Shown here in pieces: positions 46,810-57,108 of a DNA stretch of 64,000 nucleotides (its first letter is position 1; the number at the start of each line of letters is the position of its first letter). The stretch comes from a virus. The stretch is from IMG/VR virus record IMGVR_UViG_3300025085_002722, positions 66,386-130,385 of that record; one strand, given 5' to 3'. A program made the position numbers and the translations under genes. The notes beneath the pieces are model-generated. The model was not told the origin of the DNA, searched no databases, and was given only the letters and a program-made list of their open reading frames with translations.

Positions 46810-47627
46810 AAGTAGCATATTGTTTATCAGGATTAATCGATAATATTACGCCAACAATACATGGCTTAAATGAAATACAATTATCACAGGAGATGGATTT
46901 CTTTTGCCATACTTGGGACGATCCTAAAAATCCAGGCATAGATATTGTAAATCAATTTCCCTTTAAAAGAACAAGGACATCAACATATAAAGAATTCGAA
47001 GATCATATACTATCACAGCCAAATGCAGAAGAATTACATATTAGATCAAACTCTCAAAAAAATATAAAACACTTTTTTAGAACTCATATGGCGCAATTCT
47101 ATAGCACTATAAAATGTATCGAAAGAGCATTAGAATACGGAGATTATGATATAATCATAAAAGCAAGATCTAATCTTAGATACGAAAAAAGTTTATGTAA
47201 TAATTTAAAAAGTAATTTAGAACAAAATATTCAGCCAATCGTAAATAGAGAACCTGGAGCATGGACTCATTTCCAAAGACCAGATAGCGACGACCGGACT
47301 GGTACAAAATGGGAACACTGGCCTTCCTGCATAGATGGTGTACAAACGGTTTTTGCACCTTCTTTTACTTTTCCTATATGGAAAAACAATGCACCATTTA
47401 TAGATACAATGTTTGCAATGGAAAAAGCATTTGCAAAAAAACATATACTAGAGCCAGACTTTTTAGAAAATATCATTAATACATTTATGTATTTTGCCGA
47501 TAATATAGATTCTCTTTCAATGGAGGCTGATAAAGTATGGTTTAGATATTTAATGGATAACAACATAGCAATTTTTGGTTTTCCAGTTGAGATGTGGATG
47601 ACAAGGAATCAAAAGATAATAATATGA
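46806..47627 (+). CDS. hypothetical, putative glycan-transfer protein
   Basis: MKVAYCLSG, FCHTWD, YDIIIKARS.L pattern; located inside the neu cluster. Confidence 0.45.
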   Translation: MKVAYCLSGLIDNITPTIHGLNEIQLSQEMDFFCHTWDDPKNPGIDIVNQFPFKRTRTSTYKEFEDHILSQPNAEELHIRSNSQKNIKHFFRTHMAQFYSTIKCIERALEYGDYDIIIKARSNLRYEKSLCNNLKSNLEQNIQPIVNREPGAWTHFQRPDSDDRTGTKWEHWPSCIDGVQTVFAPSFTFPIWKNNAPFIDTMFAMEKAFAKKHILEPDFLENIINTFMYFADNIDSLSMEADKVWFRYLMDNNIAIFGFPVEMWMTRNQKIII

Positions 47628-48535
47628 TAGCAATATGGGGCCTAGGTTCAGCAGGTGGTAGATATAAAAATATTGCCAACGACTTAGGTTATACAACAAA
47701 GATTTTAAAAAGGCAAGACAACGGAGACAGTTTTGATTTTGATGAGTTAGATTTATCAGAAATAGAAGCCGCTATTATATGTACGCCAACTGTATTCCAC
47801 AAAGAACAATCAATAAAGTTTTTAGAAAATAATATTCCTGTGTTATGCGAAAAGCCAATCGCACATACATACCAAGATGGTAGAGAAATAATAGACGTTG
47901 CTGTTAAACACGGAACCAATTTTATGGTAGGTTACAATCAAAGATATTTTGCGGCCTACAAAAAGTTTCAAGAGGCCCAGTGGGGCAAACCCATCTATGC
48001 AGAAAGCAAATGGAGTGAACTAGTATCCGGGTGGCATCCACACGAAGACTACAGAGAATCCTATGCTGTTAGACCTGACCTAGGTGGAGGTGTACCTTTG
48101 ACTTTGAGCCACGACTTTGACTGGTGGACAGGTCTATTTGGTGACTTAACTGTTTTAAGTGTACACCACTCCGCTGGTGCTCTTGATGTTGATATTCCTA
48201 CATCATATGACATTTTACTAGACAATCATGATTCGTCATTGCAAGTAAATATGCATTTGGATTATGAAGGTTCGCCTACTGAAAGATACTATAAAGTAGA
48301 GTACGAGAAAGGCACGTTATACTATAACCCAATAGAGTCAGTTTGCGAGTTTACATACAAGGATAGCACAATTGAAGAAGTAATGATACCTTCCTTCAGC
48401 AATGAAAGAAGCAGTTCTTTTGTAAATACATTTATTAAATTTATGAATGAAGACGATCGCATAGGAAACAAAACCGATTGGGAGTTAGGATTAACTGCAT
48501 TAGAAATAGCAGACACAGTTGAGAATTGGAAATGA
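47624..48535 (+). CDS. Gfo/Idh/MocA oxidoreductase
   Basis: GLGSAG, ICTPT..H, VLCEKP, VGYN.R, GGG....SHDFD. Confidence 0.9.
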   Translation: MIAIWGLGSAGGRYKNIANDLGYTTKILKRQDNGDSFDFDELDLSEIEAAIICTPTVFHKEQSIKFLENNIPVLCEKPIAHTYQDGREIIDVAVKHGTNFMVGYNQRYFAAYKKFQEAQWGKPIYAESKWSELVSGWHPHEDYRESYAVRPDLGGGVPLTLSHDFDWWTGLFGDLTVLSVHHSAGALDVDIPTSYDILLDNHDSSLQVNMHLDYEGSPTERYYKVEYEKGTLYYNPIESVCEFTYKDSTIEEVMIPSFSNERSSSFVNTFIKFMNEDDRIGNKTDWELGLTALEIADTVENWK

Positions 48536-49218
48536 GTAATAGAGTATTAATTTTAGGTAATGGAATAATAGGAACACAGGCAAAAATTGCGGCTACTCAA
48601 TTAGGCTATTCTGTAGCAACAGCAGATTTGAAAGGTGCAACATTTACTGTAGACTTACGAGACGAAGAACAATACAACGAAGTATTACACGACTGGAAGC
48701 CTAATGTAATTTTTAATACAGCAGGCAAAGATCAAAAGTTAGGCGAAGATGCAAAACCTTTACATGAAATGCACAACACTGACTGGGATAGTTTATTTGG
48801 ACATAACACAGATCTACTGTTTAATGTAGCAAGAACATCATTAGCATACTTAATGGAAAGCAAAAAGCAAAATAAAAAATTAATATTCACACCCAGCACT
48901 TACAGTTTTACAGCACCCAATCCAAATTTTTATGATGATGATTTTGTAAAAAGTTTTGCGTATGTTGGTTCTCAAAGTGTGTATGTAAACTTAGTACAAT
49001 ACATTGCAAGGCATTATGCTAAACACGGCATATCATGTAATGGCCTTGTACCACATTTAGTAATGCACGAACTTAAAAATGTTGATAGCACTTACTCACC
49101 AGTAGGAAGAACATGTTTGCCAGAAGAACTATTACCTGTATTAAAAATGCTTATGGACGAAAATAACACTTATATGAATGGAGAGTTTATTAAAGTTAAC
49201 GGAGGATGGTTGTGCTAG
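48532..49218 (+). CDS. SDR-family oxidoreductase (divergent)
   Basis: LG.GIIG, NTAG, S.Y, Y..S, YMNGEFIKVNGGW. Confidence 0.7.
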   Translation: MSNRVLILGNGIIGTQAKIAATQLGYSVATADLKGATFTVDLRDEEQYNEVLHDWKPNVIFNTAGKDQKLGEDAKPLHEMHNTDWDSLFGHNTDLLFNVARTSLAYLMESKKQNKKLIFTPSTYSFTAPNPNFYDDDFVKSFAYVGSQSVYVNLVQYIARHYAKHGISCNGLVPHLVMHELKNVDSTYSPVGRTCLPEELLPVLKMLMDENNTYMNGEFIKVNGGWLC

Positions 49219-49616
49219 ATGTAATTAAAAATTTAGTTAAGGACACTAGTACAGAGGGCGGTGTAAAAAATATTATATTATGGTCTAACAGTCATGACCT
49301 TGCACAGGAATATTATGAGTCTTATATTAAAATGCAGTTAGGTCTCAAACTAGTAGGACCATTAAACGTCACATTACATTCTATACCAGTATGGAGCCAG
49401 TTTACTAACTTTTCAGATGAGATGCCATGGTGCCTTTCAATGACACCAGCAGAATTGTTTTTAGGAGATTACGAGTACGGAGTAAGTGATCAAGTAAAAA
49501 GAACACACGAAGAATTAATTAAATACTGGATGTACACTCAACAAATTTTAACAATACAAATTGATTATACACCAGGTTTAGATCACCCGAATATTATTAA
49601 ACATGAGCAGTGGTAA
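49206..49616 (+). CDS. hypothetical protein
   Basis: 136-aa ORF in operon; GGAGG SD. Confidence 0.55.
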   Translation: MVVLDVIKNLVKDTSTEGGVKNIILWSNSHDLAQEYYESYIKMQLGLKLVGPLNVTLHSIPVWSQFTNFSDEMPWCLSMTPAELFLGDYEYGVSDQVKRTHEELIKYWMYTQQILTIQIDYTPGLDHPNIIKHEQW

Positions 49617-50805
49617 TTTAGTAGCAATTGATTTTGAAATAGCAAGTACATGCAATGCAGTATGTCCTGTATGCATCAGGCGTAACCACGGGCAACTTGC
49701 TGAGTTTTCTCAACAATACAGAACAGCAGAAGAAGTACAACGAATCTTAAGCGATACTATACATCAATTACAACATATACAGTTCTGTGGCAATTACGGT
49801 GACCCAATGACTAATCCTGAAATATTAGATATATGCGAATGGATTAGAGGTGAAAACGAACATGTGAGTATTAGAATCAGTACTAATGGCGGCATAGGCA
49901 GTCCTAAACACTACAAAAGATTAGGACAATTAGGTGTACATCTCATATGGGGCATTGATGGTGCAAGTAAAGAAGTAAATGAATTACACCGGGTAAGGGT
50001 TGACTTTGATAAAGTTATGCGTAACATGGACGAATATTTAAGCGACATTAAAGACGGGACTTATCACGAATGGCAGTATATTGTGTGGCAAGAGAATGTA
50101 CATGAATTAGAAGAAGCAATTAAAATTGCACATAGTAAAAATATTAAAGTATTTTATATAAGACGCCCGAATGGAGCAGATTGGGGACCTATTCATGTTT
50201 ATAACTTCCAAGGCGAGCATACACATTTGCTTCATGGTCCAAGTGAAACAGAGTTATTAGATACTCACTGGTCACTTAAAACACAATATCCAGAACTAAT
50301 GCAAAAGTTACAAACACAAAATATCTTTTTTACTCCGCCTAGAAAAGCAGAGTTTGATAACGTGCCACCTAATATAAAAGGTAAGCCTTTTCCTGCTAAT
50401 GCGCCATATAGCGAATCGTTACACGAAAGCGAACAGTTACAAGCCGATTCTATTACGGAACAAACATGTTTCAGTAAGAATTTTGAAAACCCAAAAAATA
50501 TATCAGAAAATAAAAATTATGTGTTTATAAGTTTTGATAACTATGTGTACCCATGTTGTATGATAGGCAGTAATGTTGCTCAATCTAAAACTAGTATATT
50601 CGAAGGTGGACCGATAAATTCTATATTGAATAAAATAAATAGTATTGGCGAACAAGCATTTAGTGTCGAAGATAAAACACTTAAACAAGTACTTGATAGT
50701 GGTGTATTAAATACCACATACTTCGATAACATGGAAAACAATGCAGACGCATTTTGCAAACTCACATGTGGCAAATGCGATAATAACAAGTACAAGGTTG
50801 TTTAA
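49603..50805 (+). CDS. radical SAM protein with SPASM/twitch-like C-terminal cysteines
   Basis: CNAVCPVC, GNYGDP, STNG, GIDG, VYPCC, C...CGKC. Confidence 0.9.
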   Translation: MSSGNLVAIDFEIASTCNAVCPVCIRRNHGQLAEFSQQYRTAEEVQRILSDTIHQLQHIQFCGNYGDPMTNPEILDICEWIRGENEHVSIRISTNGGIGSPKHYKRLGQLGVHLIWGIDGASKEVNELHRVRVDFDKVMRNMDEYLSDIKDGTYHEWQYIVWQENVHELEEAIKIAHSKNIKVFYIRRPNGADWGPIHVYNFQGEHTHLLHGPSETELLDTHWSLKTQYPELMQKLQTQNIFFTPPRKAEFDNVPPNIKGKPFPANAPYSESLHESEQLQADSITEQTCFSKNFENPKNISENKNYVFISFDNYVYPCCMIGSNVAQSKTSIFEGGPINSILNKINSIGEQAFSVEDKTLKQVLDSGVLNTTYFDNMENNADAFCKLTCGKCDNNKYKVV

Positions 50806-51488
50806 TGGAAGAACGAATAAGAGCAAGAGATTTCATTGATTGGGACGCATTATGGAATGCAGAAATCCAGACACACCCTTACATATACTGTGAAGTTGAT
50901 TTGATAAAACCAGAGTTCTGTGAACTAGTATACGAAGAACTAAAGCCAGGATTTTATGATAACTACGATCCAGATCTACATGACAGAGACGGTGCCTTTC
51001 CTGTGTTTTCAACAGGACCAATTAATGAATCATATGCAGGTGATCTAGTAGATGCACTCAACACCTGGGACGACTGGAACGAATGGTTTATACAAAAGTT
51101 TGATGCAGATTTAGGTCTATCACACGAAACATGGCCTAAATTTGGATACCAGGGAGCAAATCCAAACAGCAACTTTGAACCACACACTGATGAAATAGGT
51201 ATCACAGAAGTATGGGCAAAAGGTCTGATATACTTACACGATTCTGTAGGTACAAAGATGTACGAAAGTGAATTAATTACACACAAAGATATTATAGATC
51301 CAGATGGTAATACTGTAAGTAACCCTGTTCCAGAACCGTATTACGAGGCAAGAAACGAATACAAAGAATCTAACGGTATTGGTAAATTGTTTCTATTCAA
51401 GTGCAATAGACAAAGTTTCCATGGCACAGACTTTTCTTCTTTAAATCACGAGTCAAAAAGAGTTATACTAGCCGGCACATTCAAATAA
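50805..51488 (+). CDS. 2OG-Fe(II) oxygenase
   Basis: EPHTD, LIYL, SFHG, KR. Confidence 0.65.
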   Translation: MEERIRARDFIDWDALWNAEIQTHPYIYCEVDLIKPEFCELVYEELKPGFYDNYDPDLHDRDGAFPVFSTGPINESYAGDLVDALNTWDDWNEWFIQKFDADLGLSHETWPKFGYQGANPNSNFEPHTDEIGITEVWAKGLIYLHDSVGTKMYESELITHKDIIDPDGNTVSNPVPEPYYEARNEYKESNGIGKLFLFKCNRQSFHGTDFSSLNHESKRVILAGTFK

Positions 51489-51497
51489 ATATTTTAC

Positions 51498-51878
51498 ATG
51501 AAAATAAGACTTATATGGAATTTTATTCCAATCCTTATTTTTATATCTAACTGGATGCCTAAAAGATTTAGCGGATACCATGTAGGAACTCTAGTATTAA
51601 TCAGACCAGATTACAAAGATGACGAAGGATTAATACAACACGAATTAACACATGTAAAGCAAAATATAAGAACATTAGGTTGGTCAGGTATAAAACAAAT
51701 ATGGAATAAAAACCACAAATTAAATAGAGAGTGTGAAGCATACGCAGAACAGTTAAAGTATGTACCAGCAAATCAGTACAAAACAGTAAGCACTAGATTC
51801 GTAAACTTCATGTATACCAAATACAACTTAGGAATGAGCAAGAACTTCATTAGAAGAAGGTTCGAAGAGTACAAGTAG
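51498..51878 (+). CDS. HExxH zincin-like protein (DUF4157-like)
   Basis: LIQHELTHVKQ ... ECEAY. Confidence 0.75.
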   Translation: MKIRLIWNFIPILIFISNWMPKRFSGYHVGTLVLIRPDYKDDEGLIQHELTHVKQNIRTLGWSGIKQIWNKNHKLNRECEAYAEQLKYVPANQYKTVSTRFVNFMYTKYNLGMSKNFIRRRFEEYK

Positions 51879-51954
51879 TAGGGTACCGGCAGGCGTAGAC
51901 TCCGGCTCCGCTTAAACGATTTTTTTGACTCCTAATTGGATAAAGGACATTATA

Positions 51955-52755
51955 ATGGCAGGCAAACTATGGATCATAGGTGACAGTTTCTGGACTAGAT
52001 GTATTCAACGAGACACCAATTACCGTTTGCCTGGTGCTTCATGGGTAGACACCTTTGCAACTGAATGTCAACTAGATTTCAACTGGAGCAACAGTTGGAG
52101 TCACCCTGGTGCAAGTAATGACTGGAATCTGTATGGTTTAGACTGTATAACAAAAAATCCACAGTTTAACTGCAACACAGACACCATACTGTTTGGTATA
52201 ACCACTGTGGACCGTTGGGTAACATCAGGTAGGTCAGACACACACTTTGATGTACACAATGGCGAACGTAACCTTGTTGAAAAGAACATACACATAACCA
52301 ACAGAGACATGATGTTGATGCTAGAGCAAAATCGCAGTAGTGATATGTTATACACAGAAGCAATGACACACAACTGGGAGTTGCCATTACTACACTCAGC
52401 AATAGATTACGACATACTGAACTACGATGCGGCATGGCATCATTGGCGTCATTGCAGTCACATAGATAACTGTGTTACCAGTGCAAAACATCGTGGCATA
52501 GACATAGTGTTACATCGTGGCTGTTTAAACTGGTGGGATATATGGACAGAACAAACCAGTTCACAGTTAGAAGAATTCACAGAACCGCTGACAGATCCGC
52601 TGTATGATTGGCAAAACACAGAACTGTGGGATATGCCAAGTTTCACCCTGGGCATTACCCATCATGAGGATATATACAAGTACAGCAATCACATGAGCCC
52701 AGCAGGAGCAAAAATATATGGCGAAGCATTCGCACAATGGTGGAACAACAGATGA
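51955..52755 (+). CDS. SGNH-like protein (paralog family B)
   Basis: LWIIGDSF, GASND, NHMS. Confidence 0.6.
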   Translation: MAGKLWIIGDSFWTRCIQRDTNYRLPGASWVDTFATECQLDFNWSNSWSHPGASNDWNLYGLDCITKNPQFNCNTDTILFGITTVDRWVTSGRSDTHFDVHNGERNLVEKNIHITNRDMMLMLEQNRSSDMLYTEAMTHNWELPLLHSAIDYDILNYDAAWHHWRHCSHIDNCVTSAKHRGIDIVLHRGCLNWWDIWTEQTSSQLEEFTEPLTDPLYDWQNTELWDMPSFTLGITHHEDIYKYSNHMSPAGAKIYGEAFAQWWNNR

Positions 52756-53114
52756 CTAGAACAGTAAAGCCACACTCAGAAAAATTAGACGATGTGATCA
52801 TCGAAACGGCCAAGGGTCAAGAATTCACTGTGGGTGAGATCAAACACTCAAGTAGGATACAAAAGAGCGCCACACCCAAACAAGACCTTAGTTGGTATAT
52901 CAAATGGACTGCCAGTACTTTTATACTGGCAAGTATGAGTATGCGAGGCATAGAAGGCTTTCAAATGTATGATCTCATACTGAGCCTTGTGGGTGTAGCA
53001 GGATGGATGTGGGTAGGCTTCTTGTGGAAAGACAGGGCACTTATACTGTTGAACGGTGTGGGTATTATACTGTTTATGCGTACACTACTGCAAGATTACC
53101 TGTTGATATCATGA
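52752..53114 (+). CDS. small membrane protein (DUF6552-like)
   Basis: LSWYIKWTAS, GWMWVG.LWKDRALILLN. Confidence 0.7.
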   Translation: MTRTVKPHSEKLDDVIIETAKGQEFTVGEIKHSSRIQKSATPKQDLSWYIKWTASTFILASMSMRGIEGFQMYDLILSLVGVAGWMWVGFLWKDRALILLNGVGIILFMRTLLQDYLLIS

Positions 53115-53917
53115 GCAAACTGTGGATATTTGGCGACAGTTTCTGGAGCAGAAACACACTCACACCCAGGTATTCGCATAACACAGGCCAAGCAACAAAC
53201 GTCAGTTATGATCACTTCTGTGAAGTGTTTGCACAACACAGCAATTTGGATTTCAGTTGGGGGTCTACAGCATTAAGCAATCGCGGAGCAAGTAATGACA
53301 TCATCATGTATTACTTTGACTGGGCAACACATCAACCCAATTTCAACATAGATCAAGACATTTGCATTGTGGGACTTACCACATTTGACAGACGTGCAAC
53401 CAAACCTGTGCCCAATGATATCACATGGGACTGGAACATTGGCATAGAAAATGTACGTGAACAGCGACTCAGCAGTACTAACCACGACAGCATGATGACT
53501 TTGTACAGGGAAAAAGGCAGTCAACGATATTCTGCAAACACAGAATACTTTATAAATCGCTGGAACAAAGAAAGCCTTGACACTGAAATGAATCACATGA
53601 TATTCAATACTGATCCTGTTTGGGAAGAATACAAATTGTGTAACATGATAGATGGCATGATCACACACGCAAAACAAAGAGGTGTGAACGTGATACTACA
53701 CGAAGGTTGTAGCAAACTGTGGGCCAATAGATTAAACGTATCAGGCGATAGAGTAAATCAGTTACAGTCAACGTACAACTGGCACAACATGAGCGATGCA
53801 CCTGGATTTGAAAACTATGTTACCAAAGAAAGTGCGAAACAATATGTTAATCACATGAGTCCTGATGCTAATCGTGAATTAGGCGAATGCCTTGCTGACT
53901 GGTATAAAAATCAATAA
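53111..53917 (+). CDS. SGNH-like protein (paralog family B)
   Basis: LWIFGDSF, GASND, NHMS; clear paralog of 51955. Confidence 0.6.
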   Translation: MSKLWIFGDSFWSRNTLTPRYSHNTGQATNVSYDHFCEVFAQHSNLDFSWGSTALSNRGASNDIIMYYFDWATHQPNFNIDQDICIVGLTTFDRRATKPVPNDITWDWNIGIENVREQRLSSTNHDSMMTLYREKGSQRYSANTEYFINRWNKESLDTEMNHMIFNTDPVWEEYKLCNMIDGMITHAKQRGVNVILHEGCSKLWANRLNVSGDRVNQLQSTYNWHNMSDAPGFENYVTKESAKQYVNHMSPDANRELGECLADWYKNQ

Positions 53918-54705
53918 AAAGGTTTTTTGCTGGATTCGTCGTGCAAGTCTCTATTGCCAATGTAACTGACTTTATTAAATCGTTTTGCACTATGTTTGTG
54001 TATGTGTTCTGCTAACACGTCGGTCATCATCTCTGTGGGTATATTATCTTTGCTCATTAAACCCTTGTCCTGCAACAGTTCATACTGTTTGAATTTTTCC
54101 ATAATCATTGTGATTACTTTATGCTCATTGGGGTCAATCTTGCTGTTTAAAAATATTCTATCTCGATCATCACTGAAAGGTGAACTCATATAGTCTTCAT
54201 CTACAAATTTACACCAACTGCCCACTATTGATAAACCATGTTTATCACTGTTATCATCTGCTATTTGTTCGATCAATTTATGACCTATATCTGTGCTACC
54301 ACCAACCACATACCATTGTGAATTACTTGACGTTTCCTCCTTGCTACACGCAGGTAATCTTTCCTTAGATAAAATACTCAGTCTTTTTAAAACGTTCAGC
54401 ACAGAGCGTCTGTGTGCGTCTAAGATACCGGTTTTAGGTATATCAAAGTCACGAAATGTGTTTCCTAGCACAAATAATACTGTGATGTTACTTCGTGGAT
54501 ACATGCCTTTTAAATCTAAGTTACGCAAGTAATTTTCTAATGCGTCTATAGATTCTTGTGGTGACTGCATAGGAAAACCCAAATTGGTTACATTGAAAAA
54601 CTTTCTAAAACTGTTTTCTACACAAAGGTTACTGCTTGTAACAGCATCTATATAACTGCCCTGCGTCCATTCGTCTCCTGCTATTATCAGTTTAGGTTTA
54701 TCCAT
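53911..54705 (-). CDS. degenerate SGNH-like protein
   Basis: LIIAGDEWT (Ser replaced), NLG. Confidence 0.4.
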   Translation of the reverse strand: MDKPKLIIAGDEWTQGSYIDAVTSSNLCVENSFRKFFNVTNLGFPMQSPQESIDALENYLRNLDLKGMYPRSNITVLFVLGNTFRDFDIPKTGILDAHRRSVLNVLKRLSILSKERLPACSKEETSSNSQWYVVGGSTDIGHKLIEQIADDNSDKHGLSIVGSWCKFVDEDYMSSPFSDDRDRIFLNSKIDPNEHKVITMIMEKFKQYELLQDKGLMSKDNIPTEMMTDVLAEHIHKHSAKRFNKVSYIGNRDLHDESSKKPFY

Positions 54706-55360
54706 TGTGTTCTAATCTATTCCATAAACCCATAAGTGTATCTCCTTCATTGTAAATCAAAGTTAAGTGAGACTGTAACTCTAATAATAACTTATCGTTT
54801 TGCATAACAGTATGTACACGAGTTGCTACATTCTTTGGGATATCAGTTGTCATATTAGTAACTGTTTTTTGACCTTTTAATCCTGGTATGGGTTTTGGTT
54901 CGCCAAACTTTCCTGGTCCGTTTGGAAAGAGTGGATCTGGTGAAAGAGGTGCTTTGCTTAATATGTTGTTGTGATTAATCTCCCAATTGGTTAAATGCAA
55001 AAACAGGCTGTCTGTAATTAAACTTTTTTTGTATATTGCTGATAACCATGTAGCATTTACTTTACGAGTTGAAGGCAAATTTGTATCTGGATCATTAGGA
55101 GCATCTGCAAGTGTGTCTAGCACACTACATGTCCAACGCATATTTAAATTAGGTATAATTATTTTTTTGTATCTCTCTAGATACTCTTCAAACTTATCCC
55201 AATCTGTATTTTCTTTTCTGCGTAATTCCACAATCATTCTTTTGATTGTATAGACACACATTGGTAATCCAAAATCTTTTTGCCATTCTTTTTTTAAATG
55301 TTTATCAATGTCATCAACTATTGGTTGATTTGCTGATATAATTTCTAAATTCTGATCCAC
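54698..55360 (-). CDS. hypothetical protein
   Basis: 220-aa ORF with GTG start; LNMRW.CS.LDT.AD. Confidence 0.55.
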   Translation of the reverse strand: MDQNLEIISANQPIVDDIDKHLKKEWQKDFGLPMCVYTIKRMIVELRRKENTDWDKFEEYLERYKKIIIPNLNMRWTCSVLDTLADAPNDPDTNLPSTRKVNATWLSAIYKKSLITDSLFLHLTNWEINHNNILSKAPLSPDPLFPNGPGKFGEPKPIPGLKGQKTVTNMTTDIPKNVATRVHTVMQNDKLLLELQSHLTLIYNEGDTLMGLWNRLEHNG

Positions 55361-55362
55361 TG

Positions 55363-56886
55363 TTAGCCGCCGTGTTTCAAAATTGTTGATCTAATATAAT
55401 TTTCTGTGTGCATCATTCCTAACTGATATAGCCTATCTGGATCTTGATCTTTTGCTGTGTCAGGATGACTTTGGCCGCCTAATGCTTTGTCTTTTAGATA
55501 TTCCCAATTAGTGTATTCCATGAAATTACCAAACCCAAGTCTAGTAGATGTTTCTCTTCTAAATTTTTCTTTAAGAACAATTGACTCTTCTGATGTTATC
55601 CAATCGTTTTTCCATTCGTGCATATGAGTAGTTTCTGCACCATCGGCTGTTACTGTAAATCCAAACTTCTCTGGATTTTTGCTAAAGTCACTTGCCCATG
55701 TGTCACCCGGATACGGTGCGCCAATGCCTACTTGATTAATGTATGTGTTATGCAACAACTGATGTTCAACTATGTAATCAAAGCCTGCTTGAATTTTTTC
55801 TTCGCTGTCATAAGTTAATCCTATCATAAAAGAACCAAACCTATATAAGTCAGGCACATTCTCTTTTAACAATCTAAGTGACTCTAAGTTTTTAGCACCA
55901 CCTGTAATTTTTCTTATGTTCTTACCGGCTTTGTTATCTAATGTTTCAATGCCAAAGAAAACACCTTTAAATCCTATTTCGGCCATTTGTTCTATTTGAT
56001 ATCTCTTTGCACTCAACATGTCAAGTCTTGCGTAACCTGTGAACTCGGGTTGATAATCTAATTGTCTTACTGCGGTTAGTAAATTTTCATACTTCTGATC
56101 TACTTCATTAGTTGTTTCATCTGATAAATTAAAATGTTTTACTCCGTATCTGCTGTGTGCTTCACTTAAAAACTCTACTAAATTATCTACGCTCTGAAAT
56201 TGTGTTGCTGATTTTTTAAATGGTGTATTACAAAAACTGCAATTAAATTTACACCCTACACCTAACTCAATTGTCAAGACATCACGTGGATTGAAAGAAT
56301 CGCTATCATGTAATGCCATTACAATAGGTGGCTCTGGTATAACGTCTGGATTTTTTAATTTGTACCATATACTGTTATTGTGATCTGTTTCGTAGTAATG
56401 TTCGCTCATGTCTCCTTTGTTTAACCAAGTAGGAAACATTGTTAAACTTCTACCAATAAAGTATGCATCAATTAAATAAGGTAATTGTGTTTCAGCAGTA
56501 AATTCTTTTCTTTTTACAGGCAACGGCCTATATAATCCGCCTGCCGCAACTCTAACATTATAGTTTTTTCTAACTGCTTCAATGATTTTAACTAAACGCG
56601 AATCACCTAAAACAGCATGATGCCCAATTGTTAAACTAAGGCCTATGACACCATCTGTACAACCTGAAAAATGTTTTTCCATTATCAACGTTAATCCAGA
56701 AACAAACTCTGGCTTTGCTAACCAATCGTTGATGTATTCTATATTAATAGTATCGTATCCGTTGTCTCGCATACATTGTGCTACCATGTGAGCCCCGGGT
56801 GCTCTAGCAGTATTTTTGCCTAAACGTGTTTCATGTCCGCCGGATGTGAGTGCCGCCGGTGCACTTAATACTATTGCTTTCTTCAT
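55363..56886 (-). CDS. radical SAM protein (B12-binding class B-like architecture)
   Basis: GCKFNCSFC, SDETTN, YARLD, FFGIET, FMIGL. Confidence 0.85.
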   Translation of the reverse strand: MKKAIVLSAPAALTSGGHETRLGKNTARAPGAHMVAQCMRDNGYDTINIEYINDWLAKPEFVSGLTLIMEKHFSGCTDGVIGLSLTIGHHAVLGDSRLVKIIEAVRKNYNVRVAAGGLYRPLPVKRKEFTAETQLPYLIDAYFIGRSLTMFPTWLNKGDMSEHYYETDHNNSIWYKLKNPDVIPEPPIVMALHDSDSFNPRDVLTIELGVGCKFNCSFCNTPFKKSATQFQSVDNLVEFLSEAHSRYGVKHFNLSDETTNEVDQKYENLLTAVRQLDYQPEFTGYARLDMLSAKRYQIEQMAEIGFKGVFFGIETLDNKAGKNIRKITGGAKNLESLRLLKENVPDLYRFGSFMIGLTYDSEEKIQAGFDYIVEHQLLHNTYINQVGIGAPYPGDTWASDFSKNPEKFGFTVTADGAETTHMHEWKNDWITSEESIVLKEKFRRETSTRLGFGNFMEYTNWEYLKDKALGGQSHPDTAKDQDPDRLYQLGMMHTENYIRSTILKHGG

Positions 56887-56934
56887 GCAAGTATTTATCG
56901 TTGAGTATATTACATTTCTATAAATACTTGCATG
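56884..56934. repeat. perfect 15-bp inverted repeat forming two divergent late promoter/start units
   Basis: CATGCAAGTATTTAT (56884-98) / ATAAATACTTGCATG (56920-34). Confidence 0.85.
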
Positions 56935-57108
56935 TCAGTACAATCGCCATGTAAAGGAATTTGCAATTTAGATTTTGCAACTCACACGGTTTGTCAAGGC
57001 TGTGGTAGAAATGTAGACGATATTAGGAACTGGCGTATATACACTGATGAACAAAAACAAACAGCAGTTAATGAGGCAGAAATTAGATTGAGAGAAATAG
57101 AAGGATGA
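56932..57108 (+). CDS. DUF1289 (YdhL-like) Cys-rich putative Fe-S protein (58 aa; missed by the ORF track)
   Basis: Hand translation MSVQSPCKGICNLD....VCQGCGRNVDDIRNW. Confidence 0.85.
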   Translation: MSVQSPCKGICNLDFATHTVCQGCGRNVDDIRNWRIYTDEQKQTAVNEAEIRLREIEG

